The notes under the pieces are model-generated. The model did no database searches and had not been told where the DNA came from. It saw only the letters and a program-made list of their open reading frames with translations. DNA of 32,000 nucleotides from Planctopirus limnophila DSM 3776 (GTDB lineage: Bacteria > Planctomycetota > Planctomycetia > Planctomycetales > Planctomycetaceae). Positions 17,897-25,248 of the stretch are shown piece after piece (positions within the stretch are counted from its first letter, which is position 1; every line of letters starts with the position of its first letter). The stretch is taken from contig NC_014148.1 of assembly GCF_000092105.1 (NCBI RefSeq), positions 4,530,001-4,562,000 on the forward strand, in the 5' to 3' direction. Both the position numbers and the translations under genes were made by a program.

Positions 17897-18152
17897 CAAT
17901 ACAGTCTCCCGCATACCCATAGACTGGGTGGCTCAAACATCGCTTTGAAAGCCTGGATGACAACGGTCACTCGAAACACTCTGCAAAACGCAGTGGTGAA
18001 CCTGCATTTCCTCATGTCGGGTGCATGCAGTCCCGACGGAATGCACCAGGCTCGGTAACCCTTTCGTGCCGGGCCTTTAGTTCACGAATATCGACGCTGA
18101 GTTGTATCGAATAGTCAGCCGTCGAATTCCCGGCTTACCGTCTCACGCCGAC

Positions 18153-18677
18153 TTATCTTCTCACCCAGTGCAGACGGACGAGTGTCGCACCATCGCCCGT
18201 TTTGGGGATAAAGTTTTCGGGTCGGTTGTCATCCACTGCTGTTTTTCCGTACGGGGCCAGGCACAACTCCAGTTGCGAACCGTTCAGTCGGTAAATGCCC
18301 TGATAGACATGGTTATTCTGGGCATCGTACAAGTCGAACTGCATCGGCTCATCAAGCAAACGACCCGGCTTGACCCGCAGACCTAAAGTCGCAACGGGCA
18401 GAATCGAATCGGGCCTTTCAATCCGAACTTTGTTTCCATCAATCTTGAGCAGGTAATCTTTGTAAGGGAGGACGGTCGAACGCAGCACATCGGTCGTGGC
18501 CGAATCAACCTGCCATGTCCCCGAGATTCGCGTGAGATTCAAATCGGAAGCCTGCAGGCTCCGCGACCCCAGGATCATCGACCCGAGGACCATCGAGGCC
18601 ACAACCATGGCACCAATCCAGGAGCAGCACCAGGCGCGAAAATCCCCAGGCAAAGTTCGGCAAGCAGACGAAGGCAT
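18153..18677 (-). CDS. TIGR03067-type (planctomycete-specific domain) protein with N-terminal anchor
   Basis: 174 aa. Contains GTWQVDSA, GIYRLNGSQLELCLAPYGK and RPENF, matching my recollection of the TIGR03067 domain signature (GTW..., GIY.L.GD.L.LC, RP..F). Confidence 0.72.
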   Translation of the reverse strand: MPSSACRTLPGDFRAWCCSWIGAMVVASMVLGSMILGSRSLQASDLNLTRISGTWQVDSATTDVLRSTVLPYKDYLLKIDGNKVRIERPDSILPVATLGLRVKPGRLLDEPMQFDLYDAQNNHVYQGIYRLNGSQLELCLAPYGKTAVDDNRPENFIPKTGDGATLVRLHWVRR

Positions 18678-18877
18678 GGCAACATGGCTTTCAGAAAGCA
18701 GTCAAAGATGGGAGTAAGCGACCTGTCGACCATCACGGGGCAATCAACCAGCAAGACAAGATCATAAAGTCCCCGCCCGACCTGTGAACAGCCCCTCATG
18801 CTGATTCTGCACGAGAATCCGCAGGCCATCACCTACGATTCACTTGGGGATTCAGCGTACAATCGATGCATCAGTTC

Positions 18878-18982
18878 CACTCGCCCGACATTTCCGCCAG
18901 TCATCCCAGAAGAAAACTTGACATGACCGATTCTTTGAATCGATTCACCAATCGAGTCGAAAACTACCGTAAGTATCGACCC
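18878..18982 (+). repeat. Left copy of a perfect 105-bp direct repeat
   Basis: Base-for-base identical to 19779-19883 (offset 901). Contains 45 nt of leader plus the first 20 codons (MTDSLNRFTNRVENYRKYRP) of the methyltransferase. Confidence 0.95.
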
Positions 18983-19159
18983 TGCTTAAAGTCGGCGAAC
19001 GATGAATCGACGAGCTGCATGCAATGGATTTTTCCGAGCAAGAAATTTGCAGCTCACTCATGCGGCATAACTCAACACATCCCACTGAACCTGTTGACAT
19101 TGACTGCCAAAGTCCGCCTTGTATTCTCGTCGCAAGTTTTCGGAACAATCACACGTTAG
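18923..19159 (+). pseudogene. Chimeric remnant: 20 duplicated methyltransferase codons fused to 58 insert-derived codons
   Basis: ATG at 18923 reads MTDSLNRFTNRVENYRKYRP, then diverges exactly at the repeat boundary (18983) into CLKSANDESTS...GTITR*. Confidence 0.6.
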
Positions 19160-19178
19160 GTGAATACACCTTATTGAC

Positions 19179-19706
19179 ATGATCGCGGTACAGACAATCT
19201 CAACGTCGTGGACAAAATCGTCGCGTGGCGGTTCACTTGCCATGCTGAGAAATTGCGTACCCAAACGCCTTCCATTAAGTGTGCCAGATGACTTTAGAAA
19301 CGTTGTTTGGCACTCGGTTGCATACTCTGAATGCAACAGATTCGCTGTTCCGACAAGCGTACGCGTTACAGGACACTGCGAAGACAATCGTTTTGGATGC
19401 AAAAACGCAGAGGTTGAACGACACGATGATTATGCAATCCTGATTTACCGATATCAGACAGGGGCACCAGCACGCCAGTTCTTTGATCAATCAGGAACTC
19501 CCGTCGCACCCGAGCACTCGATTAAGATTCCATGGAACCGTTGGGCTTCAGTGGAATACAATGGCCGCTTTCCTTGTATCGACACAGGTAACTGGTGGTA
19601 CGAACGAGTGGTTATCAATGTTGCTTGTGGTGACTCCATTCCCTTCAACTGCTTCACGGGTTCTGAACCTATTGAAAACTATACTCAACTTGCAATTCTT
19701 CGTTGA
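19179..19706 (+). CDS. Orphan hypothetical protein carried by the 796-bp insertion
   Basis: Longest ORF in the insertion (175 aa; alternative start M22 at 19242). Trp/Cys-containing, no family recognised. AT-richer than its surroundings. Confidence 0.4.
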   Translation: MIAVQTISTSWTKSSRGGSLAMLRNCVPKRLPLSVPDDFRNVVWHSVAYSECNRFAVPTSVRVTGHCEDNRFGCKNAEVERHDDYAILIYRYQTGAPARQFFDQSGTPVAPEHSIKIPWNRWASVEYNGRFPCIDTGNWWYERVVINVACGDSIPFNCFTGSEPIENYTQLAILR

Positions 19707-19778
19707 GAACGAGACACACCCACAAACGATACGATGAATCCAGTTAGCAGAATCGTCGTTAATTTTAATGATATCGAT

Positions 19779-19883
19779 CACTCGCCCGACATTTCCGCCA
19801 GTCATCCCAGAAGAAAACTTGACATGACCGATTCTTTGAATCGATTCACCAATCGAGTCGAAAACTACCGTAAGTATCGACCC
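19779..19883 (+). repeat. Right copy of the perfect 105-bp direct repeat
   Basis: Identical to 18878-18982. Here it continues in frame into the intact methyltransferase. Confidence 0.95.
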
Positions 19884-20597
19884 GGGTATCCGCCAGAGGT
19901 GCTATCGGTCCTGCAGCGGGTGACGGGGTTCAACACGCAGTGGGTGGTGGCGGATCTCGGTGCGGGAACGGGGATTTCGTCGCAGCTTTTTCTGGAGCAT
20001 GGGAACGAGGTTTATGCTGTCGAACCGAATCGATCGATGCGTCAGGCCGCCAGGGAGCTTTTCGGTGACCAGGCGCGCCTCCACATCGTCGAAGGAACTG
20101 CGGAAGCGACCACTTTGCCAGATGCTGCCATCGATCTGGTCGTCGCTGCGCAGGCTTTTCACTGGTTCAACATACCGGCCACTCGCCTGGAGGTTCGAAG
20201 AATTCTCAAACCGCAAGGCTGGGTGGCGCTCATTTGGAATCATCGACAAACGCAGGGCTCAAAGTTTCTCGAAGAGTACGAACAACTACTCTGTACCTAC
20301 GGCCGGGATTACGCCGCCATCCGGGATTCTCATCGGGACCAGCGGCGTCTCGAAGAGTTCTTTGGCAATGGACAAAGCGGCAGCAACGGCGGCTACCAAA
20401 CCTTCGAAGTCGCCCACGAAAAGTGGCTCACCTATGAAGATTTGCGAGGGCTGCTGATGTCGGCCTCGTATGTGCCCCTCGAAGCCCAGCCGGGACATGC
20501 CAATATGCTTCTTGACTTACGTTCCATTTTTGCCCGCCATGCCAAAGATGGCGAGGTGCTGATGAAGTACCAGACAGAACTCTTTGTGGGGCGATGA
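19824..20597 (+). CDS. Class I SAM-dependent methyltransferase
   Basis: ATG at 19824 (MTDSLNRF...), 257 aa. Motif I VADLGAGTGISS, AVEPN, and post-II AAQAFHWF. GC-rich like the core genome (39 of 60 GC in the spot check 20041-20100). Confidence 0.9.
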   Translation: MTDSLNRFTNRVENYRKYRPGYPPEVLSVLQRVTGFNTQWVVADLGAGTGISSQLFLEHGNEVYAVEPNRSMRQAARELFGDQARLHIVEGTAEATTLPDAAIDLVVAAQAFHWFNIPATRLEVRRILKPQGWVALIWNHRQTQGSKFLEEYEQLLCTYGRDYAAIRDSHRDQRRLEEFFGNGQSGSNGGYQTFEVAHEKWLTYEDLRGLLMSASYVPLEAQPGHANMLLDLRSIFARHAKDGEVLMKYQTELFVGR

Positions 20598-20650
20598 AAT
20601 AAGTTGTATGGGCAACTTGGGATGGCAAGGCCTTCTGTGACCAAAACAAC

Positions 20651-20672
20651 TCAAGACTGAATTGATATTGTG
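20651..20672 (+). repeat. Left copy of an imperfect direct repeat bounding the Abi module
   Basis: tcaagacTGaattgatattGtg here versus tcaagacaattgatattAtg at 22041-22060. An upstream ccaaaac.aac is also shared (20641-20650 versus 22018-22028). Confidence 0.45.
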
Positions 20673-20699
20673 CACAGAAAAGTATCTGGTAAAATTGAC

Positions 20700-20880
20700 A
20701 ATTGCGCACCAAAATCGCTTAGGTTAGAAGCGTAACCAGATAAGTCACTTTTCCAAACATCCGGTACATCTTCGACGTATACTCTAGACAACGCTTCAAG
20801 AAACCGATAATCTACTATACAGCATACCCTCCGGGCCTCTGCGGCAACGCATGCACACTTCGGAGGGTCTTTTCGTTTTC
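20700..20880 (+). ncRNA. Candidate structured non-coding RNA immediately upstream of the abi gene (boundaries approximate)
   Basis: No ORF here. Extended -10-like TGgTAAAAT at 20687-20695 and TTGACA at 20695-20700. Hairpin cgctt/aagcg at 20716-20732. A GNRA-capped helix tgcg-gcaa-cgca at 20840-20851 is nested inside an 8-bp helix accctccg/cggagggt (20826-20833 / 20861-20868), followed by cttttcgtttt. Confidence 0.4.
20826..20879 (+). terminator. Intrinsic-terminator-like hairpin plus T-tract, 48 nt upstream of the abi ATG
   Basis: Stem accctccg (20826-20833) / cggagggt (20861-20868) with a structured 27-nt loop, followed by the T-tract cttttcgtttt (20869-20879). Confidence 0.55.
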
Positions 20881-20927
20881 AGATGTAATTTTTTACATTG
20901 AATCCTCTCCATTCATCGGGCCTGACA

Positions 20928-21860
20928 ATGGAGTACGAGAAAAAATTTCTCACCTTCTCAGAGCAAGCCGATCTTCTGATTCAACGGGGTTTGAAAGCAG
21001 ATCGTGAAATTCTCATTCAGCATCTTCAGTCAGTAAGTTATTACCGAATAAGTGCTTACGTTCGACCATTTCGTCAGAAAAGCTCCCCGAACGACCCCAT
21101 CCGTGAAGACCTGGTACCCGGAACCACTTTCGATGACATCTGGTCGAGATATGTTTTCGACCGCAGGTTACGACTCCTAGTTATGGATGCGATCGAACGC
21201 ATTGAAGTCGATATTCGGACAAACCTGACATACCTGCATGCTGAAAAGCACGGCCCATTTGGCTACGCAGATGACACTGGTACGCTGCCTAATGTGCAAA
21301 GTGAGGAAGATCGCGAAAGGCTGCTCGAAGCACTGAAAGAGCCGTTGGCCAAAAGCAAGCCTCACGAAGATTTTGTCAAACACTTTAAGACAAAGTACGG
21401 CTCACATCATCGATCACTTCCCATTTGGGCCGCATGCGAAGTTATGACTTTTGGCCACCTGCTGACTTTCTACAGAGCTAGCCACCGGGACATCCAAAAG
21501 ATCGTCGCCAGGCGATACAAGCTTTCTGATATCGTTTTTGAGTCATGGCTTGTGACGCTGAATATGGTTCGCAATGTCTGTGCACACCACGGTCGTCTTT
21601 GGAATCGTGAATTGGGCGTCAAACCCATGGTTCCCAATAAGGATCATCAATGGAGACATGGAGTTGGTGCCAGTGCGCAACCACTACCGGACAATCGTGT
21701 GTTTATAGTACTCACCATGCTTAAGTTCTGCTTGAATCTGATCTCACCCGACAGTCAATGGGGGCAGGGTCTCAAGGGGTTGCTGAACGAGTTCCCCAAG
21801 ATTCCATTACGTTCCATGGGCTTCATCGACCAATGGGAATCTCACGTCCTTTGGAAATAG
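20928..21860 (+). CDS. Abi_2-family (AbiD/AbiF-like) HEPN abortive-infection protein
   Basis: MEYEKKFLTFSEQADLLIQRGL..., YYRISAY, YVFDRRLR, and LPIWAACEVMTFG. HEPN-type R-x4-6-H motifs RTNLTYLH (21216-21239) and RNVCAHHGRLWNR (21570 onward). The ORF track starts at the TTG at 20898; the ATG at 20928 fits family N-termini better. AT-rich (22 of 60 GC in 21001-21060). Confidence 0.88.
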   Translation: MEYEKKFLTFSEQADLLIQRGLKADREILIQHLQSVSYYRISAYVRPFRQKSSPNDPIREDLVPGTTFDDIWSRYVFDRRLRLLVMDAIERIEVDIRTNLTYLHAEKHGPFGYADDTGTLPNVQSEEDRERLLEALKEPLAKSKPHEDFVKHFKTKYGSHHRSLPIWAACEVMTFGHLLTFYRASHRDIQKIVARRYKLSDIVFESWLVTLNMVRNVCAHHGRLWNRELGVKPMVPNKDHQWRHGVGASAQPLPDNRVFIVLTMLKFCLNLISPDSQWGQGLKGLLNEFPKIPLRSMGFIDQWESHVLWK

Positions 21861-22040
21861 TACGTCGATGATCGACGATAACTGGATGATTTCTATCGAC
21901 TGCATTTTCAGAATCGATTGTGTGGCCGTTATCGTTCAATTCTATTTTCCAAGCGATTGGTAAACATCTTCCCACCGCTATGAATCTTTTGGCACAAGAA
22001 AAATCTCCATCTTCTTCCCAAAACGAACACCCACGTAAAG

Positions 22041-22060
22041 TCAAGACAATTGATATTATG
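22041..22060 (+). repeat. Right copy of the imperfect direct repeat bounding the Abi module
   Basis: tcaagacaattgatattatg. See 20651-20672. Confidence 0.45.
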
Positions 22061-22129
22061 TCCCTACCTGCCTGCCGAATGGTTGACACCTGGCGCGCTT
22101 TCGCCCCATGATTTCCTCATCAGGTTTCG

Positions 22130-23470
22130 ATGAGCGAATTCCAAGGGAGAAATGCCGTGCTGCGATCTATTTTCATGGGCTTTGCTGTACTCTCCCTGAG
22201 CACGCTAGGGGCCTTGAGCACGCTGGGGGCTTTGGCCCAGGCTGCGGAATGGAAAGTTCCCATTGCGGGGAACATCTATTCGATTGATCCAGAGAATGAA
22301 GTCCGTATTTCCCGCCGTGGCGGCAACTTCTCCTGGTCGAATGCCAGCGACCGATACTCGATTTACTTTCGCGTCGATCAGCCGGCCGAAGTCCAACTGT
22401 CACTGAATGCACTGATTCCCGAGGGAACGTCAAGCCTGCTGGTCTCTTCGGGTGACCAGAAATGGACCATCACGCTCACCGGCAACGAACTCAAAAATCA
22501 TGTGGTCGGAAAGCTCACAATCACCGAGCCAGGCTATGTCCGCGTCGATCTCCAGGGCGAAGCACGCACAGGCAAAGTCTTTGCCGAAATCGCCAACGTC
22601 GTCGTGACCTCCGAAACACCGGGGCTCAAGGTCGAATATGTCCGCAACAACGAAGGGAACATGTTCTACTGGGGCCGCCGGGGGCCTTCTGTTCATCTTA
22701 CTTATCAGATGCCCAAGGAGATCAAGGTTCAGTACGGCTACAGCGAACTCACCGTCCCCGCAGGCCAGGATACGATGGGTTCGTACTTCATGGCCAATGG
22801 ATTTGGTGAAGGATACTTCGGTATTCAAGTCAACGGGCCCAACGAGCGGCGGGTCCTCTTTTCCATCTGGAGTCCCTTCAGCACCGACAACCCGAAGGAT
22901 ATTCCCGAAGATCAACGGATTGTCAAACTCGCCTCGGGGGCCAACGTCCGCGTGGGTGAGTTTGGCAACGAAGGTTCGGGCGGACAAAGTTTTATGGTCT
23001 ATCCCTGGAAGGCTGACGTCACTTACAGCTTCCTGACCGAAGTGAAACCGGATGGGCCGGACAGTACGCTTTATACCTCGTGGTTTTGTGAAAAAGACAA
23101 GCAGGATTGGAAGCTCATGGCCAGCTTCCGCCGACCGAAAACACAGACGTATCTGAGGCGGTTCCACTCATTTCTGGAGAACTTTAACCCCAGCTATGGG
23201 CATAAAACCCGCGGGGCTCTGTATGGAAACGTGTGGGTCTGCGATGTCGATGGCCAGTGGCACGAATGCACCCAGGCCCGTTTCAGTGTGGATCCCACAG
23301 GCGGCGGCAGACATCGGCTCGATTACAACGGCGGCGCTAAAGGGACACAGTTTTTCATGTCCAACTGCGGCTTCTTTAACGAGACCGGCAAAGTGGGCGA
23401 GATCTTTACACGAGAATCCACCGCAGACCAGAAGCCCGCGATCAAGTTCGACGAACTCCCTCGTTCGTAA
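22130..23470 (+). CDS. Secreted DUF5077/DUF3472-like protein
   Basis: 446 aa with a signal peptide ending ALAQAAEW. N-terminal VPIAGNIY...W segment, and central GYFGIQVNG...RRVLFSIWSPF, which resembles the DUF3472 core as I recall it. Family assignment comes from memory only. Confidence 0.6.
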   Translation: MSEFQGRNAVLRSIFMGFAVLSLSTLGALSTLGALAQAAEWKVPIAGNIYSIDPENEVRISRRGGNFSWSNASDRYSIYFRVDQPAEVQLSLNALIPEGTSSLLVSSGDQKWTITLTGNELKNHVVGKLTITEPGYVRVDLQGEARTGKVFAEIANVVVTSETPGLKVEYVRNNEGNMFYWGRRGPSVHLTYQMPKEIKVQYGYSELTVPAGQDTMGSYFMANGFGEGYFGIQVNGPNERRVLFSIWSPFSTDNPKDIPEDQRIVKLASGANVRVGEFGNEGSGGQSFMVYPWKADVTYSFLTEVKPDGPDSTLYTSWFCEKDKQDWKLMASFRRPKTQTYLRRFHSFLENFNPSYGHKTRGALYGNVWVCDVDGQWHECTQARFSVDPTGGGRHRLDYNGGAKGTQFFMSNCGFFNETGKVGEIFTRESTADQKPAIKFDELPRS

Positions 23471-23546
23471 TCCGTAGCAAGCTGGCAAGCAATCCCCCAA
23501 GCCACCCTCTGGAACCCTCGCCAGCGTTTAGCAAACACCGCTCTGG

Positions 23547-23590
23547 AACCCTCGCCCACGTCTTCGTGGGAGAGGGCAGGGTGAGGGTCT
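23547..23590 (-). repeat. Family B element, copy 3 (inverted, lacks the ggcac/gtgcc hairpin)
   Basis: aaccctcgcccacgtcttcgtgggagagggcagggtgagggtct. The motif ctctggaaccctcgcc also occurs at 23508-23523, upstream of the copy at 23541-23556. Confidence 0.7.
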
Positions 23591-23641
23591 TTTCCGTCTT
23601 GCTACATACAGGATATGACATCGCCGCACAGGGTAAACCCC

Positions 23642-23723
23642 GTAGGGTGGATGAAGGCTCTGCGCAATCCACCAACACTTATCTCATCACCCAAACGTTC
23701 AAAGCCACGCCTGGGCCACCGGG
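23642..23723 (+). repeat. Family C hairpin (gtagggtgg...ccacc) plus family D hairpin (caaagccacgcctgggccaccggg), copy 1
   Basis: 23642-23673 gtagggtggatgaaggctctgcgcaatccacc and 23700-23723. Both motifs recur in the same order and orientation at 25022-25168. Confidence 0.75.
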
Positions 23724-23771
23724 TTTGTCAGGGAGTTACGCCAGAAATAGTCTGCTTGGGGGAGACTCAAG

Positions 23772-24965
23772 TCATTTCCTTTTCATGAGATCGAGCAGCA
23801 TGACAATACTGCCAGCGAAACCGCCAATCCCTATCGCCACCGCAAAAGCCAATACTTCGTTGCCGGGAAGATCTTTGGCCAGACGGGCACCAAAGACGAG
23901 ACCTGCAATCATTCCGAGGATTGGGCCAATCCAAGCCGGATATTTTTTCGTGCTGACCTGCCGGGATATCTCTTCTCTCGTAGCGAGATAGGCAGTCAGC
24001 GGATTTTTCGACTTTCGATCATAACTCACTTCTGGGTTCGGAAGGACATTGAGTAAGTCGAATGACAGTGTCCATAGGGTCAGTGGGCGACCGGGATGCG
24101 GATCCGTGCGAATAAAAGTTAGTTCTGATGTACTTAGGTCAAAGATATTGCCATCACCGGTATCCAAACCAATGAATAGTGTGGCATCCAATCCAAACCC
24201 GAGACCGGCAATAGTTCGGTCTTGATAATCGAATTGACCAGGGTTTCCTATTTGTGCCTTACCCAGACGAAAAACCAGTACAGTTTGCTGACCAACGGCG
24301 ACGGCAAGGTGATTGCCATCAACTGAAATTGCTAAATGATGTATTGGTTGCTGAAACATATCGATGATTTTGTTCGACTTTTGTCCATTGCGACTGATTT
24401 GCCAGATCTCTCCTCCGGCGACCACAACCCAGGATTGGCAATGATCCCAATGGATATATTCGACCGAACAATTCAACTTCAGGTAACCAGCGGGATGCAG
24501 ATTCATCCCTGAGTCCATACGCCATTCAAAAAACCAGAGTTGCCCTGTTTGGTCGCCGATTGCAAGGATGTCTCCAGCATCGTCTACCCAACCGACGGCA
24601 CTGATCGATGAACGATCAATGGACTGCACGATCTTGAGGTCGCGCAGCAAAAACAAGTGATTTGGTGAGAAGACGGCGCAATCTCCTTCCGCACTAACCG
24701 CCATTCCCAAGGGCTGTTCGGGTAGGGAAAGCGATTCATGAATCTCGCCTTTAAGTGCTTCCCATCGATGAATCTGTTTGCTGTTGTCGAGCGCGTAAAC
24801 AAAACCGGCATTAGCGCTTACGCTCTTGATTTCTGTTTGACATTGTTGTCGCCAGATTGGTGACCCATCAATCGCCGAGTAAATCAGGATCTCTTGTAAA
24901 TGCGAGATGACCATCACACGGCCATTCGCACTGCAAGCTACTCGATTCTGTTGGATCTCTCCCAT
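23772..24965 (-). CDS. Hypothetical protein: beta-rich repeat (propeller-like) N-terminal region plus two C-terminal transmembrane helices
   Basis: 397-aa ORF. Repeated segments of about 40 aa with hydrophobic strands and W/G/D turns (weak WD40/PQQ-like impression). C-terminal WIGPILGMIAGLVFGA and VLAFAVAIGIGGFAGSIVMLL. Looks AT-richer than its neighbours. Confidence 0.6.
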   Translation of the reverse strand: MGEIQQNRVACSANGRVMVISHLQEILIYSAIDGSPIWRQQCQTEIKSVSANAGFVYALDNSKQIHRWEALKGEIHESLSLPEQPLGMAVSAEGDCAVFSPNHLFLLRDLKIVQSIDRSSISAVGWVDDAGDILAIGDQTGQLWFFEWRMDSGMNLHPAGYLKLNCSVEYIHWDHCQSWVVVAGGEIWQISRNGQKSNKIIDMFQQPIHHLAISVDGNHLAVAVGQQTVLVFRLGKAQIGNPGQFDYQDRTIAGLGFGLDATLFIGLDTGDGNIFDLSTSELTFIRTDPHPGRPLTLWTLSFDLLNVLPNPEVSYDRKSKNPLTAYLATREEISRQVSTKKYPAWIGPILGMIAGLVFGARLAKDLPGNEVLAFAVAIGIGGFAGSIVMLLDLMKRK

Positions 24966-25021
24966 CTGTCACTCACTCTTCGTCACTGAAAAATAATGTA
25001 TATGATCGTGAGATCAGCCAT

Positions 25022-25168
25022 GTAGGGTGGGTTAAGGCTCTGCGCAACCCACCTGGACTTCGGGAAGGCATATACCATTTACATGACCAAATCCATGCTG
25101 CGTTGTGATAGGTAATTCTTGTGACTGCCGTCACCCAGACGTGCAAAGCCACGTCTGGGCCACCCGGG
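25022..25168 (+). repeat. Family C plus family D hairpins, copy 2
   Basis: 25022-25053 gtagggtgggttaaggctctgcgcaacccacc. 25134-25159 forms a perfect 10-bp stem cccagacgtg/cacgtctggg. 25144-25168 caaagccacgtctgggccacccggg. Confidence 0.75.
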
Positions 25169-25248
25169 CTTCTCCTTTTCTTTTCCCCCTTCTTTCCTTC
25201 CAGCCTTCGCCCCTTCACTCAAGCCAGCAGGCTTTGCGAAACCAACGT

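Noticed and set aside
21823-22111. Small ORFs after the abi gene (21823-22089 -, 88 aa; 21920-22111 +, 63 aa) considered as a protein antitoxin or immunity partner
   Set aside because: No motif is recognisable, the minus-strand ORF overlaps the abi 3' end, and the AT-rich tail easily yields such ORFs by chance. The upstream ncRNA hypothesis fits the family better.
18866-22129. Search for a transposase, integrase, recombinase or IS-type terminal inverted repeats to explain the two insertions
   Set aside because: No ORF in or near the islet resembles DDE, tyrosine or serine recombinases, and only direct (not inverted) repeats are present. Hence I made no mobile_element call.
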